Source: the human T2T-CHM13v2.0 reference genome, Homo sapiens
Assembly: GCF_009914755.1 (NCBI RefSeq)
Contig: NC_060933.1
DNA length: 64,000 nucleotides
Direction: 5' to 3' (one strand)
The translations under genes were made by a program, and so were the position numbers. The notes under the pieces were generated by a model. That model was not told the DNA's origin and ran no database searches. It saw nothing but the letters and a program-made list of their open reading frames with translations. Numbering within the stretch: position 1 is the first letter of the stretch; each line of letters starts with the position of its first letter. Shown here in pieces: positions 26,501-41,499 of this stretch.

Positions 26501-28755
26501 ACTGCAGGGGAATGGAATGGAATAGAATGGAATGGAATGGAATGGAATCATCCGGAACGGAATGGAATGGAATGGAATGGAATCAACTCGATTGCAATGG
26601 AATGGAATGGAATGGAATGGAATCGAATGGAATGGAATGGAATTAACCGGAATAGAATGGAATGGAATGGAATGGAACGGAATGGAATGGAATGGAATGC
26701 AATGGAATGGAATCAACCCGAGTGCAGGGGAATGGAATGGAATGGAATGCAATGGAATGGAATCATCCGTAATGGAATGGAAAGGAATGGAATGGAATGG
26801 AATGGAATGGAATGGAATGGAATCAACGCGAGTGCAGGGGAATGGAATGGAATGGAATGGAATGCAATGGAATGGAATGTTCCGGAATGGAATGGAATGG
26901 AATGGAATGGAATGGAATGGAATGGAATGGAATGGAATCAACCCGAGTGCAATGGAATGGAGTGGAATGGAATGGAATGGAATGGAACAACCCGAATGGA
27001 ATGGAATGTAATGGAGAGTAAGGGAGTTGAATAGAATCAATCCGAATGTAATGGAATGGAATGGAACGGAATGGAATTGAATGGAATGGAATGGAATGCA
27101 ATGGAATGGAATCAACCCGAGTGCAATGGAATGGAGAGGAATGGAATGGAATGGAATGGAAACTACCCGAATGGAATGGAATGTAATGGAGTGTAAGGGA
27201 ATTGAATAGAATCAATCGGAATGTAATGGACTGGAATGGAACGGAATGTAATGGAATGGAATGGAATGGAATGGAATGCAATGGAATGGAATCAACCCGA
27301 GTGCAGTCGAATGGAATCGAATGGAATGGAATGCAATGGAATGGATTCAACTTGAATGGAATGGAAAGAATGGCATCAACACGAGTGGAATGGCATGGAT
27401 TGGAATGGAATGGAATGGAATCAACCCGAGTACAGGGGAATGGAATGGAATGGAATGCAATGGAATGGAATCATCCGTAATGGAATGGAAAGGAATGGAA
27501 TGGAATGGAAAGGAATGGAATGGAATGGTATGGAATGGAATGGAATGGTACGGAATAGAATGGAATGGAACGAATTGTAATAGAATGGAATTGAATGGAA
27601 TGGAATGGAATCAACGTGAGTGCAGGGGAATGTAATGGAACGGAATGCAATGGAATGGAATCATCCGGAATGGAATGGAATGGAATGGAATGGAATGGAA
27701 TGGAATGGAATAAACCCGAGTGCAATGGAATGGAGTGGAATGGAAACAACCAGAATGGATTGGAATCTAATGGAGTGTAAGGTAATTGAATAGAATCAAT
27801 CTGAATGTAATGAAATGGAATGGAACCGAATGGAATGGAATGGAATGGAATGGAATGGAATGCAATGGAATGGAATCAACCCTAGTACAATGGAATGGAA
27901 TGGAATGGAATGGAATGGCATGGAATGGAATGCAATGGAATGGAATCTTCCGGAATGGAATGGAATGGAATGGAATGGAATGGAATGCAATGGATTCAAC
28001 TCGATTGCAATGGAATGGTATAGAATGGAATGGAATGGAAAGGAATGGAATTAAACCGAATAGAATGGAATGGAATGGAATGGAACGGAACGGAACGGAA
28101 CGGAACGGAGTGGAATGGAATGGAATGGAATTGTATGGAATGGAATGGAATGGTACGGAATAGAATGGAATGGAAAGAATTGGAATAGAATGGAATCGAA
28201 TCGAATGGAATGGAATGGAATGGAATCAACACGAGTGCAGGGGAATGTAATGGAACGGAATGCAATGGAATGGAATCATCCGAAATGGAATGGAATGGAA
28301 TGGAATGGAATGGAATGGAATGGAATCAACCCGAGTGCAATGGAATGGAGTGAAATGGAATGGAATGGAATGGAACAACCCGAATGGAATGGAATGTAAT
28401 GGAGAGTAAGGGAGTTGAATAGAATCAATCCGAATGTAATGGAATGGAACGGAATGGAATTGAATGGAATGGAATGGAATGCAATGGAATGGAATCAACC
28501 CGAGTGCAATGGAATGGAGAGGAATGGAATGGAATGGAATGGAAACTACCCGAATGGAATGGAATGTAATGGAGTGTAAGGGAATTGAATAGAATCAATC
28601 CGAATGTAATATAATGGAATGGAATGGAATGCAATGGAATGGAATGGAATGGAATGGAATGGAATTAACCCGAGTGCAATCGAATGGAATCGAATGGAAT
28701 GGAATGCAATGGAATGGATTCAACTTGAATGGAATGGAAAGAATGGAATCAACAC
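14546..28755 (+). repeat. ~4.74-kb higher-order repeat, three tandem copies
   Basis: ORF-track entries recur at offsets of 4728-4743 (16351/21089/25822; 17726/22464/27202; 19133/23871/28614). A single PstI site CTGCAG per unit falls at 17031, 21769 and 26502. Copies differ by a few SNVs and +/-5-bp pentamer indels. Confidence 0.93.
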
Positions 28756-30951
28756 TAGTGGAATGGCATGGATTGCAATGGAATGGAATGGAATCAACCC
28801 GAGTACAGAGGAATGGAATGGAATGGAATACAATGGAATGGAATCATCCGTAATGGAATAGAAAGGAATGGAATGGAATGGAATGGAATGGAATCAACAC
28901 AATTGCAATCGAATGGAATGGAATGGAATTAACCGGAATAGAATGGAATGGAATGGAATGGAACGGAACGGAACGGAACGGAATGGAATGGAATGGAATG
29001 GAATGGAATGGAATGGAAAGGAACGGAAAGGAATGGAATGGAATGGAATGGAATGGAATGGAATGGAATGGAATGGAATGGAATCAATGCGAGTGGAGAG
29101 AAATGGAATGGAATGGAATGCAATGGAATGGAATCTTCCGGAATGGAATGGAATGGAATGGAATGGAATGAAATGCAATGGATTCAACTCGATAGCAATG
29201 GAATGGAATAGAATGGAATGGAATGGAATGGAATGGAATTAACCCGAATAGAATGGAATGGAATGGAAAGGAACGGAATGCAATGGAATGGAATGGAATG
29301 GAATGGTATGGAATGGAATGGAATGGTACGGAATAGAATGGAATGGAACGAATTGTAATGGAATGGAATTGAATGGAATGGAATGGAATGGAATGGAATC
29401 AACGCGAGTGCAGGGGAATGTAATGGAACGGAATGCAATGGAATGGAATCATCCGGAATGGAATGGAATGGAATGGAATGGAATGGAATAAACCCGAGTG
29501 CAATGGAATGGAGTGGAATGGAATGGAATGGAATGGAACAACCCGAATGGAATGGAATGTAATGGAGAGTAAGGGAGTTGAATAGAATCAATCAGAATGT
29601 AATGGAATGGAATGCAACGGAATGGAATGGAATGGAATGGAATGGAATGGAATGGAATCAACCCGAGTGGAATGGCATGGAATGGAATGCAATGGAATGG
29701 AATAGAATGGAATCAACTCGAGTGGAAAGGAATGGAATGGAATGGTAAGGAATGGAATGAAATCAACTCGAGTGGAATGGAATGGAATGGAATGGATTGG
29801 AATGGATTGCAATGGAATGAAATGGAATGGAATGGAATGGAATCAATCATTCCGAGTGGAATGGAAGGGAATGTAATTGAGTGGAAACAAGGGAATGGAA
29901 TCAACCCGATTGGAATGCAAGGCAATGGAATGGAATGGAAAGGAATGGAATGGAATCAACTCGATTGCAATGGAATGGAATGGAATGGAATGGAATGGAA
30001 TGGAATGGAATAGAATTAACCGGAATAGAATGGAATGCAATGGAATGGAACGGAATGGAATGGAATGGAAGGGAATGGAATCAACACGAGTGCAGGGGAA
30101 TGGAATGGAATGGAATGCAATGGAATGGAATCATCCGGAATGGAATGGAATGGAATGCAATCAACTCCATTGCAATGGAATGGAATGGAATGGAATGGGA
30201 TAGAATGGAATGGAATTAACCCGAATAGAATAGAATGCAATAGAATGGAATGGAACGGAACCCAATGGAGTGGAATGGAATGGAATGGAATCAACCTGAG
30301 TGCAGGGGAATGGAATGGAATGGAATGCAATGGAATGGAATCATCCGGAATGGAATGGAATGGAATGGAATGGAATCAAACCGAGTGCAATGGAATGGAG
30401 TGAAATGGAATGGAATGGAATGGAAACAACCAGAATGGATTGGAATATAATGGAGTGTAAGGGAATTGCATAGAATCAATCTGAATGTAATGAAATGGAA
30501 TGGAACGGAATTGAATGGAATGGAATGGAATCGAATGGAATGGAATGGAATGGAATCAACCGGAGTTCAATGGAATGGATTCGAATGGAATGGAATGGAG
30601 TGGAATGGATTCAACCCGAATGGAGTGGAAAGGAATGGAATCAACCCGAGTGGAATGGCATGGAATGGAATGGAATGGAATGGAATGGAATGGAATGGAA
30701 TGGTTCAGAATAGAATGGATTGGAACAAAATGGAATGGAATGGAATGGAATGGAATGGAATGGAATAGAATGGAATGGAATCAAGTCGATTGCAATGGAA
30801 TGGAATGGAATGGAATGGAACGGATTGGAATGGAATGGAATGGAATGGAATGGAATGGAATTAAATGGAATGGAATGGAATGGAATCAACCCGATTTCAG
30901 GGGAATGGAATGGAATGGAATGCAATGGAATGGAATGGAATGGAATGGAAT

Positions 30952-31345
30952 CAACCCGAGTGGAATGGCATGGAATGGAATGCAATGGAATGGAATGGAA
31001 TGGAATCAACTCGAGTGGAAAGGAATGGAATGGAATGGAAAGGAATGGAATGAAATCAACTCGAGTGGAATGGAATGGAGTGGAATGGATTGGAATGGAT
31101 TGCAATGGAATGAAATGGAATGGAATGGAATGGAATGGAATGGAATGGAATGGAATCAACCCGAGTGGAATGGCATGGAATGGAATGCAATGGAATGGAA
31201 TGGAATGGAATGGAATCAACTCGAGTGGAAAGGAATGGAATAGAATGGAAAGGAATGGAATGAAATCAACTCGAGTGGAATGGAATGGAATGGAATGGAT
31301 TGGAATGGATTGCAATGGAATGAAATGGAATGGAATGGAATGGAA
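30952..31345 (+). repeat. 205-bp tandem duplication (third related copy at ~29659-29845)
   Basis: The string CAACCCGAGTGGAATGGCAT...CAACTCGAGTGGAAAGG...GAAATCAACTCGAGTGG...GGATTGGAATGGATTGCAATGGAATGAAAT starts at 30952, 31157 and 29659. Confidence 0.88.
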
Positions 31346-34300
31346 TCAATCATTCCGAGTGGAATGGAAGGGAATATAATGGAGTGGAAAGAAGGGAATG
31401 GAATCAACCCGAGTGGAATGCAAGGCAATGGAATGGAATGGAAAGGAATGGAAACGAATCAACTCGATTGCAATGGAATGGAATTCCATGGAATTTAATG
31501 GAATGGAATGGAAAGGAATGGAATGGAATGAAATGGAATGGAATGGAATGAAATGGAATGGAATGGAATGCAATGGAATGGAATCAACCAGAGTGCAATC
31601 AAATGGAATCGAATGGAATGGAATGCAATGGAATGGATTCAACTTGAATGGAATGGAAAGAATGGAATCAACACGCGTGGAATGGCATGGATTGGAATGG
31701 AATGGAATGGAATCAACCTGAGTACAGGGGAATGGAATGGAATGGAATGCAATGGAATAGAATCATCCGTATTGGAATGGAAAGGAATGGAATGGAATGG
31801 AATGGAATGGAATGGAATGGAATGGAATGGAATCAACTCGATTGCAATCGAATGGAATGGAATGGAATTAACCCGAATAGAATGGAATGGAATGGAATGG
31901 AACGGAACGGAAAGGAACGGAATGGAATGGAATGGAATGGAACGGAAAGGAATGGAATGGAATGGAATGGAATGGAATGGAATGGAATGGAATCAACGCG
32001 AGTGCAGGGGAATGGAATGTAATGGAATGCAATGGAATGGAATCTTCCGGAATGGAATGGAATGAAATTGAATAAACCCGAGTGCAATGGAATGGAGTGC
32101 AATGGAATGGAATGGAATGGAACAACCCGAATGGAATCGAATGTAATGGAGAGTAAGGGAGTTGAATAGAATCAATCCGAATGTAATGGAATGGAATGGA
32201 ATGGAACGGAATGGAATGGAATGGAATGGAATGGAATGCAATGGAATGGAATCAACCCGAGTACAATGGAATGGAATGGAATGGAAAGGAATGGAATGGA
32301 ATGGAGTGGAATGGAATGGAATGGAATCAACCCGAGTGCAATGGAATGGAGTGAAATGGAATGGAATGGAATGGAAACAACCAGAATGGATTGGAATATA
32401 ACGGAGTGTAAGGGAATTGAATAGAATCAATCTGAATGTAATGAAATGCAATGGAACGGAATGGAATGTAATGGAATGGAATGGAATGGAAAGCAATGTA
32501 ATGGAATCAACCCGAGTGCAATCGAATGGAATCGAATGGAATGGAATGCAATGGAATGGATTCAACTTGAATGGAAAGTAAAGAATGGAATCAACGCGAG
32601 TGGAATGGCATGGATTGGAATGGAATGGAATGGAATCAACCCGAGTACAGGGGAATGGAATGGAATGGAATGCAATGGAATGGAATCATCCGTAATGGAA
32701 TGGAAAGGAATGGAATGGAATGGAAAGGAATGGAATGGAATGGAAGGGAATGGAATCAACTCGATTGCAAACGAATGGAATGGAATGGAATAAACCCGAA
32801 TAGAATGGAATGGAATGGAACGGAACGGAACGCAATGGAATGGAATGGAATTTAATGGAACGGAAAGGAATGGAATGGAATGGAATGGAATGGAATGGAA
32901 TCAACTCGAGTGCAGGGGAATGGAATGGAATCGAATGGAATGGAATGGAATGGAATGGAATCAACCCGAGTGCAGGGGAATGTAATGGAACGGAATGCAA
33001 TGGAATGGAATCATCCGAAATGGAATGGAATGGAATGGAATGGAATGGAATGAACCCGAGTGCAATGGAATGGAGTGGAATAGAATGGAATGGAATGGAA
33101 CAACCCGAATGGAATGGAATGTAATGGAGAGTAAGGGAGTTGAAAAGAATCAATCCGAATGTAATGGAATGGAATGGAACGGAATGGAATGGAATGGAAT
33201 GGAATGGAATGGAATGGAATGCAATGGAATGGAATCAACCCGAGTACAATGGAATGGAATGGAATGGAATGGAATGGAATGGAATGCAATGGAATGGAAT
33301 CTTCCGGAATGGAATGGAATGCAATGGAATGGAATGGAATGCAATGGATTCAACTCGATTGCAATGGAATGGAATAGAATGGAATGGAATGGAATGGAAT
33401 GGAATTAAACCGAATAGAATGGAATGGAATGGAATGGAACGGAACGGAACGGAACGGAGTGGAATGGAATGGAATGGAATTGTATGGAATGGAATGGAAT
33501 GGTACGGAATAGAATGGAATGGAAAGAATTGGAATGGAATGGAATCGAATGGAATGGAATGGAATGGAATGGAATCAACCCGAGTGTAGGGGAATGTAAT
33601 GGAACGGAATGCAATGGAATGGAATCATCCGGAATGGAATGGAAAGGAATGGAATGGAATGGAATGGAATGGAATCAACTCGATTGCAATCGAATTGAAT
33701 GGAATGGAATTAACCCGAATAGAATGGAATGGAATGGAATGGAATGGAACGGAACGGAATGGAATGGAATGGAATGGAATGGAACGGAAAGGAAGGGAAT
33801 GGAATGGAATAGAATGGAATGGAATGGAATCAACGCGAGTGCAGGGGAATGGAATGGAATGGAATGCAATGGAATGGAATCTTCCGGAATGGAATGGAAT
33901 GGAATGGAATGGAATGGAATGGAATCAACCCGAGTGCAATGGAATGGAGTGGAATGGAATGGAATGGAATGGAACAACCCGAATGGAATGGAATGTAATG
34001 GAGAGTAAGGGAGTTGAATAGAATCAATGCGAACGTAATGGAATGGAATGGAACGGAATGGAATGGAATGGAATGGAATGGAATGGAATGGAATGCAATG
34101 GAATGGAATCAACCCGAGTGCAATCGAATGGAATCGAATGGAATGGAATGCAATGGAATGGATTCAACTTGAATGGAATGGAAAGAATAGAATCAACACG
34201 AGTGGAATGGCATGGATTGGAATGGAATGGAATGGAATCAACCCGAGTACAGGGGAATGGAATGGAATGGAATGCAATGGAATGGAATCATCCGTAATGG

Positions 34301-37300
34301 AATGGATAGGAATGGAATGGAATGGAATGGAATGGAATGGAATGGAATGGAATCAACTAGATTGCAATCGAATGGAATGGAATGGAATTAACCCGAATAG
34401 AATGGAATGGAATGGAATGGAACGGAATGGAATGGAATGGAATGGAATGGAATGGAATGGAACGGAATGGAACGGAATGGAATGGAATGGAATGGAATGG
34501 AATGGAATCAACGCGAGTGCAGGGGAATGGAATGGAATGGAATGCAATGGAATGGAATCTTCCGGAATGGAATGGAATGGAATGGAATGGAATGAAATGC
34601 AATGGATTCAACTCTATTGCAATGGAATGGAATAGAATGGAATGGAATGGAATGGAATGGAATTAATCCGAATAGAATGGAATGGTATGCAATGGAACGG
34701 AATGGAACGGAATGGAATGGAATGGAATGGAATGGAATGGAATGGTATGGAATCGAATGGAATGGTACGGAATAGAATGGAATGGAACGAATTGTAATGG
34801 AATGGAATTGAATGGAATGGAATGGAATGGAATGGAATCAACGCGAGAGCACGGGAATGTAATGGAACGGAATGCAATGGAATGGAATCATCCGGAATGC
34901 AATGGAATGGAATGGAATGGAATGGAATCAACCCGAGTGCAATGGAATGGAGTGGAATGGAATGGAATGGAATGGAACAACCCGAATGGAATGGAATGGA
35001 ATGGAGAGTAAGGGAGTTGAATAGAATCAATCCGAATGTAATGTAATGGAATGGAACGGAATGGAATTGAATGGAATGCAATGGAATGGAATGGAATGGA
35101 ATGGAATGGAGTGGAATGCAATGGAATGGAATCAACCCGAGTGCAATCGAATGGAATCGAATGGAATGGAATGCAATGGAATGGATTCAACTTGAATGGA
35201 ATGGAAAGAATGGAATCAACACGAGTGGAATGGCATCGATTGGAATGGAATGGAATGGAATCTACCCGAGTACAAGGGAATGGAATGGAATGGAATGCAA
35301 TGGAATGGAATCATCCGTAATGGAATGGAAAGGAATGGAATGGAATGGAATGGAATGGAATGGAATGGAATGGAATCAACTCGATTGCAATCGAATGGAA
35401 TGGAATGGAATGGAATGGAATGGAACAACCCGAATGGAATGGAATGTAATGGAGAGTAAGGGAGTTGAATAGAATCAATCCGAATGTAATGGAATGGAAT
35501 GGAACGGAATGGAATTGAATGGAATGGAATGGAATGCAATGGAATGGAATCAACCCGAGAGCAATGGAATGGAGAGGAATGGAATGGAATGCAATGGAAA
35601 CTACCCGAATGGAATGGAATGTAATGGAGTGTAAGGGAATTGAATAGAATCAATCCGAATGTAACGGAATGGAATGGAACGGAATGTAATGGAATGGAAT
35701 GGAATGGAATGGAATGGAATCAACTCGATTGCAATCAAATGGAATGGAATGGAATTAACCCGAATAGAATGGAATGGAATGGTATGGAACGGAACGGAAT
35801 GGAATGGAATGGAATGGAATGGAATGGAATGGAATGGAATGGAAGGGAAAGGAAGGGAATGGAATGGAATAGAATGGAATGGAATGGAATCAACGCGAGT
35901 GCAGGGGAATGGAATGGAATGGAATGCAATGGAATGGAATATTCCGGAATGGAATGGAATTGAATGGAATGGAATGGAATCAACCCGAGTGCAATGGAAT
36001 GGAGTGGAATGGAATGGAATGGAATGGAACAACCCAAATGGAATTTAATGTAATGGAGAATAAGGGAGTTGAATAGAATCAACCCGAAAGTAATGGAATG
36101 GAATGGAACGGAATGGAATTGAATGGAATGGAATGGAATGCAATGGAATGGAATCAACCCGAGTGCAATCTAATGGAATCGAATGGAATGGAATGCAATG
36201 GAATGGATTCAACTTGAATGGAATGGAAAGAATGGAATCAACACGAGTGGAATGGCATGGATTGGAATGGAATGGAATGGAATCAACCCGAGTACAGGGG
36301 AATGGAATGGAATGGAATGCAATGGAATGGAATCATCCGTAATGCAATGGAAAGGAATGGAATGGAATGGAATGGAATGGAATGGAATGGAATGGAATCA
36401 ACTCGATTGCAATCGAATGGAATGGAATGGAATTAACCCGAATAGAATGGAATGGAATGGAATGGAACGGAACGGAATGGAATGGAATGGAATGGAATGG
36501 AACGGAACGGAACGGAACGGAATGGAATGGAATGGAATGGAATGGAATCAACGCGAGTGCAGGGGAATGGAATGGAATGGAATGCAATGGAATGGAATCT
36601 TCCGGAATGGAATCGAATGGAATGGAATGGAATGAAATGCAATGGATTCAACTCGATTGCAATGGAATGGAATAGAACGGAATGGAATGGAATGGAATGG
36701 AATGCAATGGTGTAGAATGGAATGGAATGGTACGGAATAGAATGGAATGGAATGAATTGTAATGGAATGGAATTGAATGGAATGGAATGGAATGGAATGG
36801 AATCAACGCGAGTGCAGGGGAATGTAATGGAATGGACTGCAATTGAATGGAATCATCCGTAATGGAATGGAAAGGAATGGAATGGAATGGAATGGAATGG
36901 AATGGAATGGAATGGAATCAACTCGATTGCAATCGAATGGAATGGAATGGAATTAACCCGAATAAAATGGAATGGAATGGAATGGAATGGAACGGAACGG
37001 AATGGAATGGATTGGAATGGAATGGAACGGAAAGGAATGGAATGGAATGGAATGCAATGGAATGGAATCTTCCGGAATGGAATGGAATGGAATGGAATGG
37101 AATGGAATGGAATAAACCCGAGTGCAATGGATTGGAGTGGAATGGAATGGAATGGAATGGAACAACCCGAATGGAATGGAATGTAATGCAGTGTAAGGGA
37201 GTTGAATAGAATCAATCCGAATGTAATGGAATGGAATGGAAGGGAAGGGAATGGAATGGAATGGAATGGAATGGAATGGAATGGAATGCAATGGAATGGA

Positions 37301-40300
37301 ATCAACCCGAGTCCAATCGAATGGAATCGAATGGAATGGAATGCAATGGAATGGATTCAACTTGAATGGAATGGAAAGAATGGAATCAACACGAGTGGAA
37401 TGGCATGGATTAGAATAGAATGGAATGGAATCAATCCGAGTACAGGGGCATGGAATGGAATGGAATGCAATTGAATGGAATCATCCGTAATGGAATGGAA
37501 AGGAATGGAATGGAATGGAATGGAATGGAATGGAATGGAATGGAATGGAGTCAACTCGATTGCAATCGAATGGAATGGAATGGAATTAACCCGAGTAGAA
37601 TGGAATGGAATGGAATGGAACGGAACGGAACGGAATGGAATGGAATGGAATGGAACGGAACGGAACGGAATGGAATGGAATGGAATGGAATGGAATGGAA
37701 TGGAATGGAATCAACGCGAGTGCAGGGGAATGGAATGGAATGGAATGCATTGGAATGGAATCTTCCGGAATGGAATGGAATGGAATGGAATGGAATGGAA
37801 TGGAATTAACCCGAATAGAATGGAATGGAATGGAATGGAACGGAATGGAACGGAATGGAATGGAATGGAATGCAATGGAATGGTATGGAATGGAATGGAA
37901 TGGTACGGAATAGAATGGAATGGAACGAATTGTAATGGAATGGAATTGAATGGAATGGAATGGAATGGAATGGAATCAACGCGAGTGCAGGGGAATGTAA
38001 TGGAACGGAATGCAATGGAATGGAATCATCCGGAATGGAATGGAATGGAATGGAATGGAATGGAATGGAATGGAATCAACCCGAGTGCAATGGAATGGAG
38101 TGGAATGGAATGGAATGGAATGGAACAACCCGAATAGAATGGAATGTAATGGAGAGTAAGGGAGTTGAATAGAATCAATCCGAATGTAATGGAATGGAAT
38201 GCAACGGAATGGAATGGAATGGAATGGAATGGAATGCAATGGAATGGAATCAACCCGAGTACAATGGAATGGAATGGAATGGAATGGAATGGAATGGAAT
38301 GCCTTCAAACCGAATGGAATGGAAAGGAATGGAATCAACACGAGTGGAATGGAATGGAATGGAATGGAATGGAATGGAATGATACGGAATAGAATGGAAT
38401 GGAACAAAATGGAATGGAATGGAATGGAATGGAATGGAATGGAATGGAATGGAATCGTTCCGAGTGGAATAGGAGGGAATGTATTCGAGTGGAATGGAAA
38501 GGAATGGAAACAACCAGAGTGGAATGGAAGGGAATGGAATGGAATGGAAACTAATAGAATGGAATCAACCCGAGTGGAATGGAATGGAAAGGACTGGAAT
38601 GGAAAGGAATGGAATGGAATGGAATGGAATGGAATGGAATGGAATGGAATCAACGCGAGTGCAGGGGAATGGAATAGAATCGAATGGAATGGAATGGAAT
38701 GGAATGGAATCAACCCGAGTGCAGGGGAATGTAATGGAACGGAATGCAATGGAATGGAATCATCCGGAATGGAATGGAATGGAATGGAATGGAAACAACC
38801 CGAGTGCAATGGAATGGAGTGGAATGGAATGGAACGGAATGGAACAACCCGAATGGAATGGAATGTAATGGAGAGTAAGGGAGTTGAAAAGAATCAATCC
38901 GAATGAAATGGAATGGAATGGAACGGAATGGAATGGAATGGAATGGAATGGAATGGAATGGAATGGAATGCAATGGAATGGAATCAACCCGAGTACAATG
39001 GAATGGAATGGAATGGAATGGAATGGAATGCAATGGAATGGAATCTTCCGGAATGGAATGGAATGGAATGGAATGGAATGGAATGGAATGCAATGGATTC
39101 AACTCGATGCAATGGAATGGAATAGAATGGAATGGAATGGAACGGAATGGAATTAAACCGAATAGAATGGAATGGAATGGAATGGAACGGAACGGAACGG
39201 AAAGGAACGGAACGGAACGGAACGGAGTGGAATGGAATGGAATGGAATTGTATGGAATGGAATGGAATGGTACGGAATAGAATGGAATGGAAAGAATTGG
39301 AATCGAATGGAATCGAATGGAATGGAATGGAATGGAATGGAATCAACCAGAGTGCAGGGGAATGTAATGGAACGGAATGCAATGGAATGGAATCATCCGG
39401 AATGGAATGGAATGGAATGGAATGGAATGGAATGGAATGGAATCAACCCGAGTGCAATGGAATGGAGTTGAATGGAATGGAATGGAATGGAAGAACCCGA
39501 ATGGAATGTAATGTAATGGAGAGTAAGGGAGTTGAATATAATCAATCCGAATGTAATGGAATGGAACGGAATGGAATGGAATGGAATGGAACGGAATGGA
39601 ATGGAATGCAATGGAATGGAATCAACCCGAGTACAATGGAACGGAATGGAATGGAATGGAATGTAATGGAATGGAATGGAATGGAATGGAATGGAATGGA
39701 ATCAACCCGAGTGCAATGGAATGAAGAGGAATGGAATGGAATGGAATGGAAACTACCCGAATGGAATGGAATGTAATGGAGTGTAAAGGAATTGAATAGA
39801 ATCAATCCGAATGCAATGGAATGGAATGGAATGGAACGGAATGGATTGGAATGGAATGGAATCAACCCGAGTGCAGGGGAATGGAATGGAATGGAATGCA
39901 ATGGAATGGAATCATCCGGAATGGAATGGAATGGAATGCAATGGAATGGAATGGAATGGAATCAACCCAAGTACAATGGAATGGAGTGAAATGGAATGGA
40001 ATGGAATGGAAACAACCAGAATGGATTGGAATATAATGGAGTGTAAGGGAATTGAATAGAATCAGTCTGAATGTAATGAAATGGAATGGAACGGAATGGA
40101 ATGGAATGGAATGCAATGGAATGGAATCAACCCGAGTGCAATCGAATGGAATCGAATGGAATGGAATGCAATGGAATGGATTCAACTTGAATGGAATGGA
40201 ATGAATGGAATCAACACGACTGGAATGGCATGGATTGGAATGGAATGGATTGGAATCAACCCGAGTACAGGGGAATGGAATGGAATGGAATGCAATGGAA

Positions 40301-41499
40301 TGGAATCATCCGTAATGGAATGGAAAGGAATGGAATGGAATGGAATGGAATGGAATGGAATCAACTCGATTGCAATCGAATGGAATGGAATGGAATTAAA
40401 CCGAATAGAATGGAATGGAATGGAATGGAACGGAACGGAACGGAATGGAATGGAATGGAATGGAATGGAACGGAACGGAACGGAACGGAATGGAATGGAA
40501 TGGAATGGAATGCAATCAACGCGAGTGCAGGGGAATGGAATGGAATGGAATGCAATGGAATGGAATCATCCGGAATGGAATGGAATGGAATGGAATGGAA
40601 TGGAATGGAATCAACTCGATTGCAATCGAATGGAATAGAATGGAATTAACCCGAATAGAATGGAATGGAATGGAACGGAACGGAATGGAATGGAATGGAA
40701 TGGAATGGAATGGAATGGAATGGAATCAACGTGAGTGCAGGGGAATGGAATGGAATGGAATGCAATGGAATGGAATCTTCCGGAATGGAATGGAATGGAA
40801 TGAAATGCAATGGATTCAACTCGATTGCAATGGAATGGAATAGAATGGAATGGAATGGAATGGAATGGAATGGAATGGAATGGAATTAACCCGAATAGAA
40901 TGCAATGGAATGGAATGGAACGGAATGGAACGGAATGGAATGGAATGGAATGGAATGGAATGGAATGGAATGGTATGGAATGGAATGGAATGGTACGGAA
41001 TAGAATGGAATGGAATGAATTGTAATGGAATGGAATTGAATGGAATGGAATGGAATGGAATGGAATCAACGCGAGTGCAGGGGAATGTAATGGAACGGAA
41101 TGCAATGGAATGGAATCATCCGGAATGGAATGGAATGGATTGGAATGGAATGGAATCAACCCAAGTGCAATGGAATGGAGTGGAATGGAATGGAATGGAA
41201 TGGAACAACCCGAATGGAATGGAATGTAATGGAGAGTAAGGGAGTTGAATAGAATCAATCCGAATGTAATGGAATGGAAAGGAACGGAATGGAATGGAAT
41301 GGAACAACCCGAATGGAATGGAATGTAATGGAGAGTAAGGGAGTTGAATAGAATCAATCCGAATGTAATGGAATGGAATGGAACGGAATGGAATTGAATG
41401 GAATGGAATGGAATGCAATGGAATGGAATCAACCCGAGTGCTATGGAATGGAGTGGAATGGAATGGAATGGAATGGAACAACCCGAATGGAATGGAATG

